A stretch of 35,169 nucleotides of DNA from Octopus bimaculoides (lineage: Eukaryota), in contig NC_068982.1 of NCBI RefSeq assembly GCF_001194135.2, forward strand, positions 130,726,040 through 130,761,208, read 5' to 3'. The translations under genes were made by a program, and so were the position numbers. Below the pieces are notes generated by a model. It was given only the letters and a program-made list of their open reading frames with translations. It had not been told where the DNA came from and did no database searches. The stretch's first letter is position 1; each line of letters begins with the position of its first letter. Shown piece by piece: positions 12,496 through 24,222 of the stretch.

Positions 12496-15069
12496 TTATT
12501 ACCATTAAGAAAGCTCCTTCCCAAGAAGATCTACAATCATTCTGGTCAAAAATTTGGAACGAAAAGAGGGGTTTCAATCTGAATGCATTATGATTAGATA
12601 CAATTGAGAGAGAATACTATACCAACTCTAACAGTAAAACATACAAAATTGATGCAGAAACCTTTGCTATAGCAGTAGGCAAACTTCAGAATGGAAAGGC
12701 ACCTGAAAGAGACCTAGTAGTTGGATATTGGTACAAGAAGCCGACATTTTATAGAAACCAAATGATATGTATGTTCAAAAGGGCTATAGACGGTCAGACT
12801 GATATACCACATTGGCTTGCTACAGCAAGGACAAATCTTGTTGCCTAAAATGAAAACACCGAGATGGCAGGAAACTCCAGGCACATAGCTTGCCTAAATA
12901 TTATGTACAAACTATACACAAGTTGCCTTAAACAATTCCTCCAGAACCATTGAGAGTCGAGCAACATTATGACTTATGAATAGGCTAGTGGAAAGAAGGG
13001 AATGTGGGGAAGTTCCGAACAACTGTTAATAAACATGTGACAGTATGGCTTGACTATAAGAAGGCATTCGACTCTATCCCTCATTCATGGCTGTTGAAAT
13101 GCCTACATCTGGCAAAGGTACCTACNNNNNNNNNNTTGAAATGCCTACATCTGGCAAAGGTACCTACTGCCTTAATTGCTGCTATAGAGAGACTCACAAA
13201 GACATGGACAACTATTCTTACCCTTGCAATTGAGAACAGAATAATTGTTTCAGGTAGTATAGGCATTACAAAGGGAATATTCTAGGGAGATAGTCTTTCT
13301 GTACTTCTTTTCATTTTGGCACTGAATCCATTATCGTTCCTACTGCAGAAAACAAATGGTTACATGCTAGGATCTTCAACTGCTAGAAATATCAATGTAA
13401 CTCATAATTTCTTTGTAGCCGACCTCCAAATTTATGCTAAAAGTGTTAACAATGCCAAAAACAACTGGAATTAATAACATTTTCAGCTGATGTAGGCATA
13501 AAATTTATCCAAAAGAAATGTTAATATTTGGTAATAGAATGAGGTAAGTCAGTCCCCCAAACTCAAAACCTGTGCATCAATGGTCTCTCTTCCTCCTCCA
13601 TTCCACACAAAGAATGTTACAAGTACCTAGGCATAGATGAAAATGTATCATATGATGGTACTGTGAATAAAGATAGAATGACCCGAGAAAATTACACCAG
13701 ACTTAGGAAAATATGGCAGTCGGTACTCTCTTCTTACAACAAAACAATATTCCACAATGCATTTGCAGTACCAGTGCTGATCCCAACATTTGGGATACTT
13801 GATTGGTCGGTAGAGGAAATCCACTCCATAGATATCAAAACCCGCAAAATTCTGACAACAACTGAGAACTTCCTCCGAAACAGTGATGTTGAAAGGCTCT
13901 ACCTAAGAAGAAATGAAGGTGTTAGAGGCCTGCGATCAGTGCAGACGGCCTTCGAATGCCGTATGGTATCACTCAGGCAGCTTCTGCTAAACAACAGCAG
14001 CAAAAATAAATGTATTAATGCAGTCCTGAAAAGTGAAGTGGGCAACATTGTACGAATTGGCAGTGAACTCCTCAAGAAACACTCTGTTCTTGATGATCTC
14101 CTATGCGGCCCCCAAACAGCTGGGCTCTCTTACCCCAGAGAAGACCTGAATGGAAAGCACTCAGTATACAAAAACAAAAAGATCATGCATGGGTATGTTG
14201 CCCGGAAGCTTGAAGAAAGCAGTAGAATTGACGCGAAGCGCAACCTCTCTTGGATACAAGACCAGTACATCACATCACACTTTGAAGACTATGTGTTTGC
14301 AATCCAGGAACAGGAGATTGTCAGGAAGTACCTGGTGAACAAGAGAGACAGGGACGCTCTTGTAATCCTAAAGTGCAACTGTATGTGTAGGCTATGTCAT
14401 GTTTCTGTGGAAGACATCATGCATGTGATTAGCAGCTGTCCTAAAATGTTGTTATGGTACGACCTCCCTATGCGGCACGATGTTGTCGCTGAAACAATTT
14501 ACAATGTCATCTAAAAAAAAGACTGTCCTGAAATAAACTTAGAAAATCCCTCTGTTATGGAATACATTCATAAACACCAACTCAAGGAATACTGGTGGAA
14601 TATTCCCATCAAAACTTCTGTCAAATGTAAACATAAAAGGCTGGATATTGTTGTTTGGGACAGAGGAGCAAAGGTGTGTACTGTCATAGGGGTCAGCTGC
14701 CCTGCAGATATAAATATCTCTTTGAAAATCAAAGAAAAAGAGGATATCTATGGACAACTGCTTCGAATCCTCCAGCTTCTATATCCAGACTATGAATTTA
14801 TATTCATACCAATAATAATAATTGGAGCTCTAGGTCTCGCTAGTAAATGCTTAAAGGGTAACCTGGATAAACTGGAATTTTCAGAAAGAGAAATTGACCA
14901 GTTGATTCGTACATTACAAGTCTAATCTGTGGGTGGAACAGTAAAAATATGCAAGACTTTTCTCAAGTTCCAAATGTGAATTTGTCTGTGTCAACTACAT
15001 CCCAAAGACGGAGCCTTGTATCTTTGTTGGAAACGGCTCCCTTCTCAGTGGAAGATTCATAATAATTAA
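12496..15069 (+). mobile_element. R4/Dong-clade non-LTR retrotransposon (RT, CCHC and restriction-like endonuclease), 5-prime truncated and pseudogenised
   Basis: FWSKIWN, LQNGKAP, IACLNIMYK, WLDYKKAFDSIPHSW, KGIF*GDSLS, HNFFVADLQIY, LYLRRNEGVRGL, CRLCHVSVEDIMHVISSC..RHDVVA, KHKRLDIVVWD..VSCPAD..KEKEDIY. The ORF ends at 14979, followed by a 3-prime UTR of about 90 bp and a cataataattaat tail. It begins immediately after a (CATA)n tract. Confidence 0.92.
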
Positions 15070-15070
15070 T

Positions 15071-15308
15071 TCTGTCACATTTCTGTGAAAGACAGCAGTC
15101 TTTCCGTGAAAGGTATCATGTGATCAGCAATTGCCCGTAGACATGCCATAAATATACTACTTCCCAATGTGACATGGCATCATCGCTAAAACAATAAACG
15201 ATGCCATCCGAAAAAATGACAGTCTTGGGATAAATATAGATAATCCAGTTGTTATTAAATGCATACATAACCAACAGAAGGAATGTTGGTCGAACATTCC
15301 CATCAAAA
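15071..15308 (+). mobile_element. Older fragment of the same R4 family (CCHC to RLE-start segment), directly downstream of the long copy
   Basis: atgtgatcagcaattgccc...catcgctaaaacaataaacgatgccatccgaaaaaatgac...ggaatgttggtcgaacattcccatcaaaac aligns with 14395-14616 (atgtgattagcagctgtcct...tgtcgctgaaacaatttacaatgtcatc...ggaatactggtggaatattcccatcaaaac). Confidence 0.8.
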
Positions 15309-15958
15309 CACACACACGCACATACACGTTCACAGACACGCAAACATGATCCTTATAAAATGTTGAATTTTCCATGAGAAATGGAAGAAAACCACCCGCT
15401 GTTACGTCACCCAAAGCAAAATTCTCTTCCATATCCGTCTTATAACAAAATTTTCGTCACAATCTCCACTCAAACAGTTCTTTTTCAGACATTCTTCCGA
15501 TTTCTTAAAACTTTCTCTCTCCAGTAGCCTTGAAAGAATATTGTTCCATAACGCAACTTTTCCCAAATAATATTTTGATCAGGTGACAAAGTATCCAACA
15601 GTCGATCTTTCTGGCAACTGCAAGACAATATTTCTTCAATATATGGTAACAATTTTACATTTAAACTTTTCATGAATCCGTTACACTATGATTCTTTACT
15701 AAAACATCTACGTCATTGACAAGATGGAAGTTCTTACCCTTTCTGTATGACGTAGGTACATTAACTGCAATATGACACGTCAAAGTTAATCACTCTCCCT
15801 CATTCTCACTAATCTCTCTCTCCTTCTCCCTCTGTGTTGTGCATAAAGCTACGTATACTCCGCTTGTCAGTTTTTGCTTATGCTGAAAATTGCAAACACA
15901 TTTCCTTTAAATTTCTTTTCTTGATCCGGTTTGCTTTGCTCCATACATGAATGCCTAA

Positions 15959-16007
15959 ACAAAATTAACATCTGGTGAACGACAAAATTATCATCTGGTG
16001 AACGACA
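15959..16007 (+). repeat. 23-bp tandem duplication
   Basis: acaaaatta(a/t)catctggtgaacg occurs twice, followed by aca. Confidence 0.9.
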
Positions 16008-16103
16008 GATTTTCAGTTCTCAAACATACATTTCTATAAATAGTTTCCCTTTGTGAAACTAATGTAGTCTCCAACTTAGTGACCGTCTATTAAATATTGC
16101 TAA

Positions 16104-16183
16104 CTCAACGTTCAAATTCCGACGAGGTTGACATTGCCTTTCATCATTTCGGGCTCAATAAAACAAGTACTAGTTGAGGACTG
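16104..16183 (+). mobile_element. Fragment of SINE family B
   Basis: gttcaaattccgacgaggttgacattgcctttcatcatttcggg...aagtactagttg matches the family B body. Confidence 0.75.
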
Positions 16184-16279
16184 TGTGCATATGTAAATAT
16201 ATATTACCTATCGATTCCACACCTACTCGTATATATGCGGGTGCTGATTGTGGGCGTGCGTATGCGTGCAGTTATATGT

Positions 16280-16364
<85 letters not shown>

Positions 16365-17105
16365 TATGTATGTTTGCCAGCTTCGTCAACTAATGAATCG
16401 AATTAAAATATTGCTGTATCGTGTTTATAGTATAAATATTGACTAGCAATATAACCAAAGAACGTACTAAAACCACGTGACAGTTTATTTTTAGCCAGCG
16501 CCGGTATTTTATTCAGTCTTATTATTTCAGGCGCAGACGAAAATTAGGATGAAAAACAACTGAAAATTTCGGAATGAATGTTGATTAATGAATTTTTTTC
16601 AACTGATGCGTGTGTACACACGTACACACGTACACGCACACGCACACACACACACACACACACACTTACACTTACACACAGATTCACATACATACATACA
16701 CACATTATTTATGTATACACAAGTTATNNNNNNNNNNNNNNNNNNNNNNNNNNNNNNNNNNNNNNNNNNNNNNNNNNNNNNNNNNNNNNNNNNNNNNNNN
16801 NNNNNNNNNNNNNNNNNNNNNNNNNNNNNNNNNNNNNNNNNNNNNNNNNNNNNNNNNNNNNNNNNNNNNNNNNNNNNNNNNNNNNNNNNNNNNNNNNNNN
16901 NNNNNNNNNNNNNNNNNNNNNNNNNNNNNNNNNNNNNNNNNNNNNNNNNNNNNNNNNNNNNNNNNNNNNNNNNNNNNNNNNNNNNNNNNNNNNNNNNNNN
17001 NNNNNNNNNNNNNNNNNNNNNNNNNNNNNNNNNNNNNNNNNNNNNNNNNNNNNNNNNNNNNNNNNNNNNNNNNNNNNNNNNNNNNNNNNNNNNNNNNNNN
17101 NNNNN

Positions 17106-18003
17106 TCATTAAAATGACAGATCAATCCGACTTTCAAAGAGATCAAATTGTTGGTGCTCGTATGGCAGGCGGTAGCATAATGAGAACAGCCGAAATGTTT
17201 GGTGTATCAAGAAGTACTGTGTCGAAAGTAGTGACAGCCTTTGAGAAAAAGGGGAAAACCTCCTCATCGAAACAAAACTCCGGTAGAAAACCAAAACTTA
17301 CAGATAGGGACCGTCGGACTCTTATGCGAATTGTTAGAAAGGATCACAAACGTACAGCTCCCAAAATTACTGCAGAGCTTAACGACCACTTCCAGAAACG
17401 AGTTTCCACAAAAAGTGTTCGCCGGGAGCTGCACAAAGCCGGATTTCACGGGAGGCTGCAATCAAACAACCACTACTTTCAAAAACAAATGTTGCAAAGC
17501 GTTTAGAGTGGAGTAAAAACCTACAGAACTGGTCCCTTGAGCAGTGGAAGAATGTTACTTTCTCGGACAAGTCGTCCTTTACCTTATTTCCGACCACCGG
17601 CCCAGTATACGTGTAAAGATAGCCAAAAGAAACATTTGACCTAGACGGCCTTCTTCCAACTGTTAAACATGGAGGAGGATCTGTGAGGATCTGGTGGGGG
17701 GCTATATCTTGTAAATCCGCCGGCCCAATGGTTTCCCTTCATGGCAGAATTAATAGTCAAGACTATTTAAGCATTTAAGTATTTTATTTGATCAAGTTCA
17801 TCCTATGGTTGCAGAACTGTTTCCAGAGGGAAACGCAATTTTTCAGCATGAACATCTTAGTGAAGTTGAACATCTTATCTGGCCACTACAGTCCTCAGAC
17901 CTCAATATTATTGAACATTTATGGTGCATTTTAGAAAAATAAATAAGGTGTCGATATCCTCCACCATCATCACTACAATAAATGGTGACTGTTTTGGCTG
18001 AAG
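17106..18003 (+). mobile_element. Tc1-like transposase pseudogene; 5-prime end lies in the gap and 3-prime end is truncated
   Basis: ATG at 17114: MTDQSDFQRDQIVGARMAG...GVSRSTVSKV...SGRKPKL...RRELHKAGFHGR. After a frameshift: KRLEWSKN...FSDKSSF...TVKHGGGSVRIW...WPLQSSDLNIIEHLW. The region around the second catalytic Asp is deleted. Confidence 0.92.
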
Positions 18004-18200
18004 GAAGAGAGTATGGCTGTTTTAGTATAGTCTTTCTTCTAAAATGCATCAGCTCAAATTTTCCCTCGTTTAGTTGCATTTTATTTTTGTCTGTCCATTG
18101 ACTCATCGCATATAGATAAGACTGGAGTTGAGTTCGGTCTTCTTCATAAATGATATGCTGGGGCTTAGTGCTATCAGGGGTTGGACAAAATAACGGAGAC
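18004..18200 (-). mobile_element. CR1/L2-group LINE reverse-transcriptase fragment abutting the Tc1 remnant
   Basis: PDSTKPQHIIYEEDRTQLQSYLYAMSQWTDKNKMQLNEGKFELMHF resembles the (Y/F)ADDTK...D...LQ.DL.....W...N.M.FN..KF segment of these RTs. Confidence 0.75.
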
Positions 18201-18219
18201 ACCTTAAAATTTCAAACAA

Positions 18220-18251
<32 letters not shown>

Positions 18252-18349
18252 GCATATATATATATATATNNNNNNNNNNTGCTGGTCTTCCATAAACAAC
18301 CTTGCCCGGACTTGTGCCTCGGAGAGTAACTTTCTAGGTGCAATCCCAT

Positions 18350-18384
<35 letters not shown>

Positions 18385-18426
18385 TCATACATACATATAT
18401 ATGTCTCTGTGTGTGTATACAAACAT

Positions 18427-18475
<49 letters not shown>

Positions 18476-19082
18476 CACACACACATACATATATAAGCCT
18501 TGCTTCTTTATATAAGTTTTATGTATGACTACTTCCATTTTTGCTTTTTTTTTAACTGACAAAACGCAGGTTGTGGGTTTTTCTGACGAAATGTCATGGA
18601 ATTTTACTAAAAACTAAAAAAAACTTTTCTTTTAATCTCTTCTAATCGGAGTATTATCACTAGTAAATTTTTGATTCGCACGTGGTTTTTAGATGTACTT
18701 TTGTTCTATTTTCTTTTTCCTCAATCATCCACGTGTTTCCTCTTTTGTTCCATTCCTGTTTTAGTCTTTGCTTTTATTAGATGTTGGAGGAAGTAATTTC
18801 TCGCTCCTTCAGACGTTGTTATTTTAAGCTAATTTCAGGAGCTGAATAGTAAAATAAATATATTGCCTCAGCATTCTCCAACCGTCCCTAACATGAAGCT
18901 CTAAAATCTGTAAAGGAGATATAGAAAATTATATCCAGCCGTCTTTGACCATCAGCCTCATTGTTATCTCTACAGGAAGGGTTACACTAAATATAGACGC
19001 CGAAAGAAGCCCGCCCCCGCACGTAATATTCGCAAGCTGATAAGGATATTACATCAGTTGATATGCTCAACAAACCTTGATT

Positions 19083-19130
19083 CCCATCATCATCGTCATC
19101 AACATCGCTGTCGTCGTCATCATCATCAAT

Positions 19131-19164
<34 letters not shown>

Positions 19165-19256
19165 ACATCGCTGTCGTCGTCATCATCATCAAGATCATCA
19201 TCATCATCAAAATCATCATCATCATCAACATCGCTGTCGTCGTCATCATCATGAAG

Positions 19257-19326
<70 letters not shown>

Positions 19327-19440
19327 ACATTGCTGTCGTCGTTGTCGTCGTCGTCGTCAGCCTCGTCACCATCAGTGTCGTGATCATCATCATTATCATT
19401 GCTATCGTCGTCCTCATTGTTGTTGTCGTTGTCATCGCAA
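19083..19440. repeat. (ATC/GTC)n trinucleotide tract with a higher-order repeat
   Basis: The motif atcaacatcgctgtcgtcgtcatcatcatc occurs three times exactly plus one variant, inside pure (ATC)n. All variants keep the triplet phase. Confidence 0.9.
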
Positions 19441-19494
19441 TAATTGTATATATATGTGTGTGTTTGTGTGTGTGTGTGTGTGTATTTGTGTGTG

Positions 19495-19547
<53 letters not shown>

Positions 19548-20059
19548 ATGTGTATACACGTGTATATGTATATATATATATATATATATTATCATGAGAG
19601 GAAAAGAAGGATGGACGATGGTCACGTATGAGCAATGAGAGAGAGTGAAGGAGAAAGAGGGAGACAGAGAGGCAGATAGAAAACGGTGAAGAGGAGAAGA
19701 AAGGAATTAGAGGAAGGATGAGTGAGAATACGATAGGGGGAGAGAACAATATAGGGTAGAGTCGCATCAAAAAGACTAAGTAAACTTACTTGGAAATGGA
19801 AGCGTGGCGTTTTCGTATTTCATGTTGTTTACTGTTTGTGATGTCCTGTACCCATATATTCATATATATATATTATTTATAGTATTATTTGATTGAACGC
19901 CACGCATCCATTTCCAAGTAAGTTTATATANNNNNNNNNNNNNNNNNNNNNNNNNNNNNNNNNNNNNNNNNNNNNNNNNNNNNNNNNNNNNNNNNNNNNN
20001 NNNNNNNNNNNNNNNNNNNNNNNNNNNNNNNNNNNNNNNNNNNNNNNNNNNNNNNNNNN

Positions 20060-20118
<59 letters not shown>

Positions 20119-20664
20119 AGAATTCCACCGATACGCTAGAAGAAGTACACAGAGCAGACAGTGAAATAATCTATCATCGGAAATACCATTTATACAGAAT
20201 TGGATATGGCTGATGGGCAATTTTCAATTCCAATTATTTACCAATGAGCTAATAAAAAGAGGAATTCATCATCGTGTGGCGCAAGTATAATAAATAACGG
20301 ATGAATAGAGTTTAAATTTACAACAATTGTTTTGCTAGATTTATTTATTTAATGTAATCATAATAAATTGTTTAAACCATAAATTACGTGGATTTCCAGA
20401 GTCATCAGGCATATTTGAACATAATCAACCTTGACTGGTCGATATTTCGACAAGTAAAGTTTCAAAGTTATGGTACCGATATATAAATGTAGCAAGTCAG
20501 TATGTTCAACAGCTAGTAATCACTTACTGTACACATCAAAGAAGAGTTGAAAATATAATTTATGATCCACTACCATAAGGTAACAGAACGAAACCTAGGT
20601 TTTTACAAATAAAACGGTTCCAGGGGCAGATTATATATATATATATATATATATATATTCATCT

Positions 20665-21071
20665 ATTATTCTTTTATTCTTTTACTTGTTTCAGTCATTT
20701 GACTGCGGCCATGCTGGAGCACCGCCTTTAGTCGAGCAAATCGACCCCAGGACTTATTCCTTGTAAGCCTAGTTCTTATACTATCGGTCTCTTTTGCTGA
20801 ACCGCTAAGTTACGGGGACGTAAACACACCACCATCGGTTGTCAACCGATAGTGGAGGGACAAACACAGGCACACAAACATATGCACACACATACATATA
20901 TAAATACATATATACGACAGGCTTCTTTCAGTTTCCGTTTACCAAATCCACTCACAAGCTTTGGTCGGCCCGAGGCTATAGTAGAAGACACTTGCCCAAG
21001 GTGCCACGCAGTGGGACTAAATTCGGAACCATGTGGTTGATAAGCAAGCTACTTACCACACAGCCACTCCT
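20665..21071 (-). mobile_element. tRNA-derived SINE family A (octopus-type) with internal microsatellite, near full length
   Basis: Minus-strand head aggagtggctgtgtggtaagtagcttgc...ggttccgaatttagtcccactgcgtggcaccttgggcaag, then a central TA/TG tract, then ggtgtgtttacgtccccgtaacttagcggttc...gcggtgctccagcatggccgcagtcaaatgactgaaacaagtaaaagaataaaagaat. Related copies lie at 32728 and 34137. Confidence 0.9.
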
Positions 21072-21943
21072 TTATTTTTTAATTTTAAACTGGACTTAAT
21101 ATTCAGCGTTATAGTACTTATACTTCTTTTGCACGCTTTAAAATTAAGTTTAATTTATGTAGCAGTTTATATTTAATTAAGTTCTTTATTTGCTATGGTT
21201 TATTTAATTCTAATTCTAATTTTAGTATTACGTATCATGCAATTATTTGAAAAGTAACACACCCTGGTCCACAAAAGCGCTGCCTTCTCTCCATTTTTTC
21301 TGCAATCTTTACAGTTACTGCAATTGCCCCTCTTCTTCGAACTTGGTTGTTGTCATGTTATTTCTGCTCAAAAAACCTTTTGAATTGCTTCTCTTCTTCT
21401 CTGGCGATCAGCATTATATTAACTTTACGTCTTGATCCCGTGCTGAAAAAGTATGACCCGTCTTTCCTACCAAGAACTCTGGTCTTGGCAATTAATTCCC
21501 TGCGCGCACCTTTCCCTGCAGCCGTTGATTTGTGGCTGTTAGAAAAATTTGATTTTAGTCTCTTCGAGCTGACCAATCACATAGGATCTGAGGCGGTCAA
21601 TATCCCCTCTCTCAAAAAAAGAAAATCTAAAAAAAATGACTTACATAATATTTATAAAGAAAAGATTAGAGAAATTCATTGGTCCAGTCCAAATGAAATG
21701 ACACACATTTCGAAGATACATGAGTGGATGGTGTCTGGGATAAATACTAATTACATACAAAATTAATGATACGAAATTAATGATTAAAAAGTTCATGTCA
21801 AAGGAATAATCATAACAGACATTAACTTGTCGTAGTGGACGTGCGTGTGTTTTGTGTGGGTGTATGTGTGTGTGTGCTGTGTGTGTGTGTGCTTTGTGTG
21901 TGTGTGTGTGTGCTTTGTGTGTGTGTGTGTATGTGTGCGTGTG

Positions 21944-21976
<33 letters not shown>

Positions 21977-21977
<1 letters not shown>

Positions 21978-22985
21978 ATGGTCCATTACAGAAAGTTTGA
22001 GACATTTTCAAGAGAGACATTTATTAATTTGAGAAAAGTATAAAACTCTAATTTCCTTCGAAGTAGGATCATCTGTTGTAGCGCTCCAGCTACTCCATGA
22101 AGCTTCCATGGACGTCCTTCAAAGTGAAGGTATCCAAGGCCCTTGTTACAGCCTCCTTCATTTCTTCTATGTCTGCAAAACGATTGCCGTTGAGATTCTC
22201 CTTCAGTTTTAGGAATAACAAAAAGTTACAGGGAGCGAAGTCCGAACTTTAGGGAGAGTAAATGCCAGTTTTGCTGCTCTTCTCTGTCAAATGGTAGTTT
22301 ACCAAGAAGAATTGTTGGCCGGTGAATTGTTCTGGTGCAGGTGCTACCGACACAAATTGAAGATCACTGGCATTTAGCAACAGAATTTCCTACTGAACTC
22401 CTTCAAAACCACCACAAATTTTTTCTTGATTGTCTGACCAAAGGGAGTCCAGTGGATGTAGATGATGCCTTTCCTGTCTAAAAAGGGGATCATTATGAAT
22501 TTCCCGGTAGACTTGCCTTGGCATAACGTCTCGAGTCTAGGGGAGCCAGGATGTTTCCATTGGGCACTTTGTCGCTTAGTCTTTCGATCATAATGTTATC
22601 ACCAACGCGTCGTACCTTCTGTTTCTTCCTTGAGCATCCTGGAAACAAACGTTGCACAAAATTTGTTAGTGTTCAGGTCTTCATTAATAATTCCGTGTTC
22701 AGTTGCCACACCATCTCCAAACTGTATGCTTGTTCTTTTGGTAAACGATGGTATCCACCTAAAAGCTTGCGAATTTTCTCAACCAGTTCTGATGTTCTAA
22801 TATTTTTATTCCCGCTCAAATCACTCATCCTTTTTCAACTCCTCTCTACAGTCCTTAAACCTTTTGAGTCAGCGAAAATCAGATGCTCAGCTCATACAAG
22901 CTAATCCGTAAGCAGTCAGGAGCATTTAATAAGTTTCTATAGCGTTTTTGCTCTGTTTAACATAAAACTTTATTGCATAGTGAAC
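21977..22985 (-). mobile_element. Second, more decayed mariner transposon
   Basis: Minus strand reads IKFYVKQSKNAIETY...AYGLACMS...KRFKD near 22980-22840 and DFAPCNFLLFLKLKENLNGNRFADIEEMKEAVTRALD...SYFEG near 22250-22055. A TIR-like end catggtccattacagaaagtttgagac lies at 21977. I could not identify the other TIR with confidence. Confidence 0.85.
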
Positions 22986-23252
22986 CTCCAGGCTGTCTTC
23001 ACGTCAAGACTGTATTTTGGAAACTAATGAGCTATGACAATCAGTGTCCAGTAAGGTGTGTTCAAAGTGCAGTTACAGCTCTTTCCTTCAATCTAAAATA
23101 AAGAAATCTGACAAGCCAGCTTATTGTATGTATAGTAATGATATACTAAAATTACAGTAATCTACAACAGTTGTAACCGCCTCTCCTAAAAACGTCTAGA
23201 ATCTACTTCGTATCCCCTCCACACACGTATTTACGACTAAATGTGTGTATAT

Positions 23253-23300
<48 letters not shown>

Positions 23301-23474
23301 NNNNNNNNNNNNNNNNNNNNNNNNNNNNNNNNNNNNNNNNNNNNNNNNNNNNNNNNNNNNNNNNNNNNNNNNNNNNNNNNNNNNNNNNNNNNNNNNNNNN
23401 NNNNNNNNNNNNNNNNNNNNNNNNNNNNNNNNNNNNNNNNNNNNNNNNNNNNNNNNNNNNNNNNNNNNNNNNNN

Positions 23475-23510
<36 letters not shown>

Positions 23511-23545
23511 ACACACACACGCACGCACACACACACATATCTATA

Positions 23546-23581
<36 letters not shown>

Positions 23582-23949
23582 TATGAATGTATATGAATAA
23601 GCCATGTGTGTGGCTTGATATTACGACGTAGCAAGTAGATAGTTAAGATAGTTAAAACAAACAGTGACTGGAAACCAACATAAAATTTCAACAAAATTCA
23701 GCCAAACAAATTACATATTTAATTTTTTTTTCTTTAAATGTAAGGAAAGAAGGAAATAAAACAAAAAAGAAAAATCTTGTATAATTGTCAGTTCCTAACC
23801 TGGTTTCGTAAGTCACTTGCTATTGAAGTGTAGAATTTCTTACACACAGTTCGTCCGAAAGAACTTGAGGATAACCTGCTTCTATACGTTGGCCTAGAAA
23901 CACTGGTAATACTAAACCCGCCATCATCGCCATATTTCCTTCTTCTCTT

Positions 23950-24135
23950 ACAGCAGCAGCAAGGACGACAACAAAATCAAGAACAACGACGGCGACAATA
24001 TCAACAGCAACAAAAACAACAACTAATATTGTTACTACTATTACTGCTACTACCTCAACATTTGCTACTAACGCTATTCCGGTGAATGAAACCACCACTA
24101 CCTCAACCGAAACTATAATCAGTATCATCGCACTA

Positions 24136-24222
<87 letters not shown>
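23950..24222. repeat. Compound trinucleotide microsatellite: degenerate CAA/ACT, then (ACT)n, then (TAA)n
   Basis: Directly visible; pure (TAA)n at about 24173-24222. Confidence 0.9.

Noticed and set aside
13094-13167. Exact 32-bp direct repeat flanking a 10-N gap inside the R4 RT
   Set aside because: Typical unmerged contig overlap; removing one copy restores the reading frame.
7731-16007. Short direct repeats (40 bp and 23 bp) as possible CRISPR-like units
   Set aside because: Only two adjacent copies with no spacers, in eukaryotic DNA; these are simple slippage duplications.
11690-16560. Plus-strand acceptors followed by short frames (AGRIVVPKNFDYSIETINY* at about 11700, GADEN* at about 16530)
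   Set aside because: Too short to distinguish from chance and no recognisable homology.
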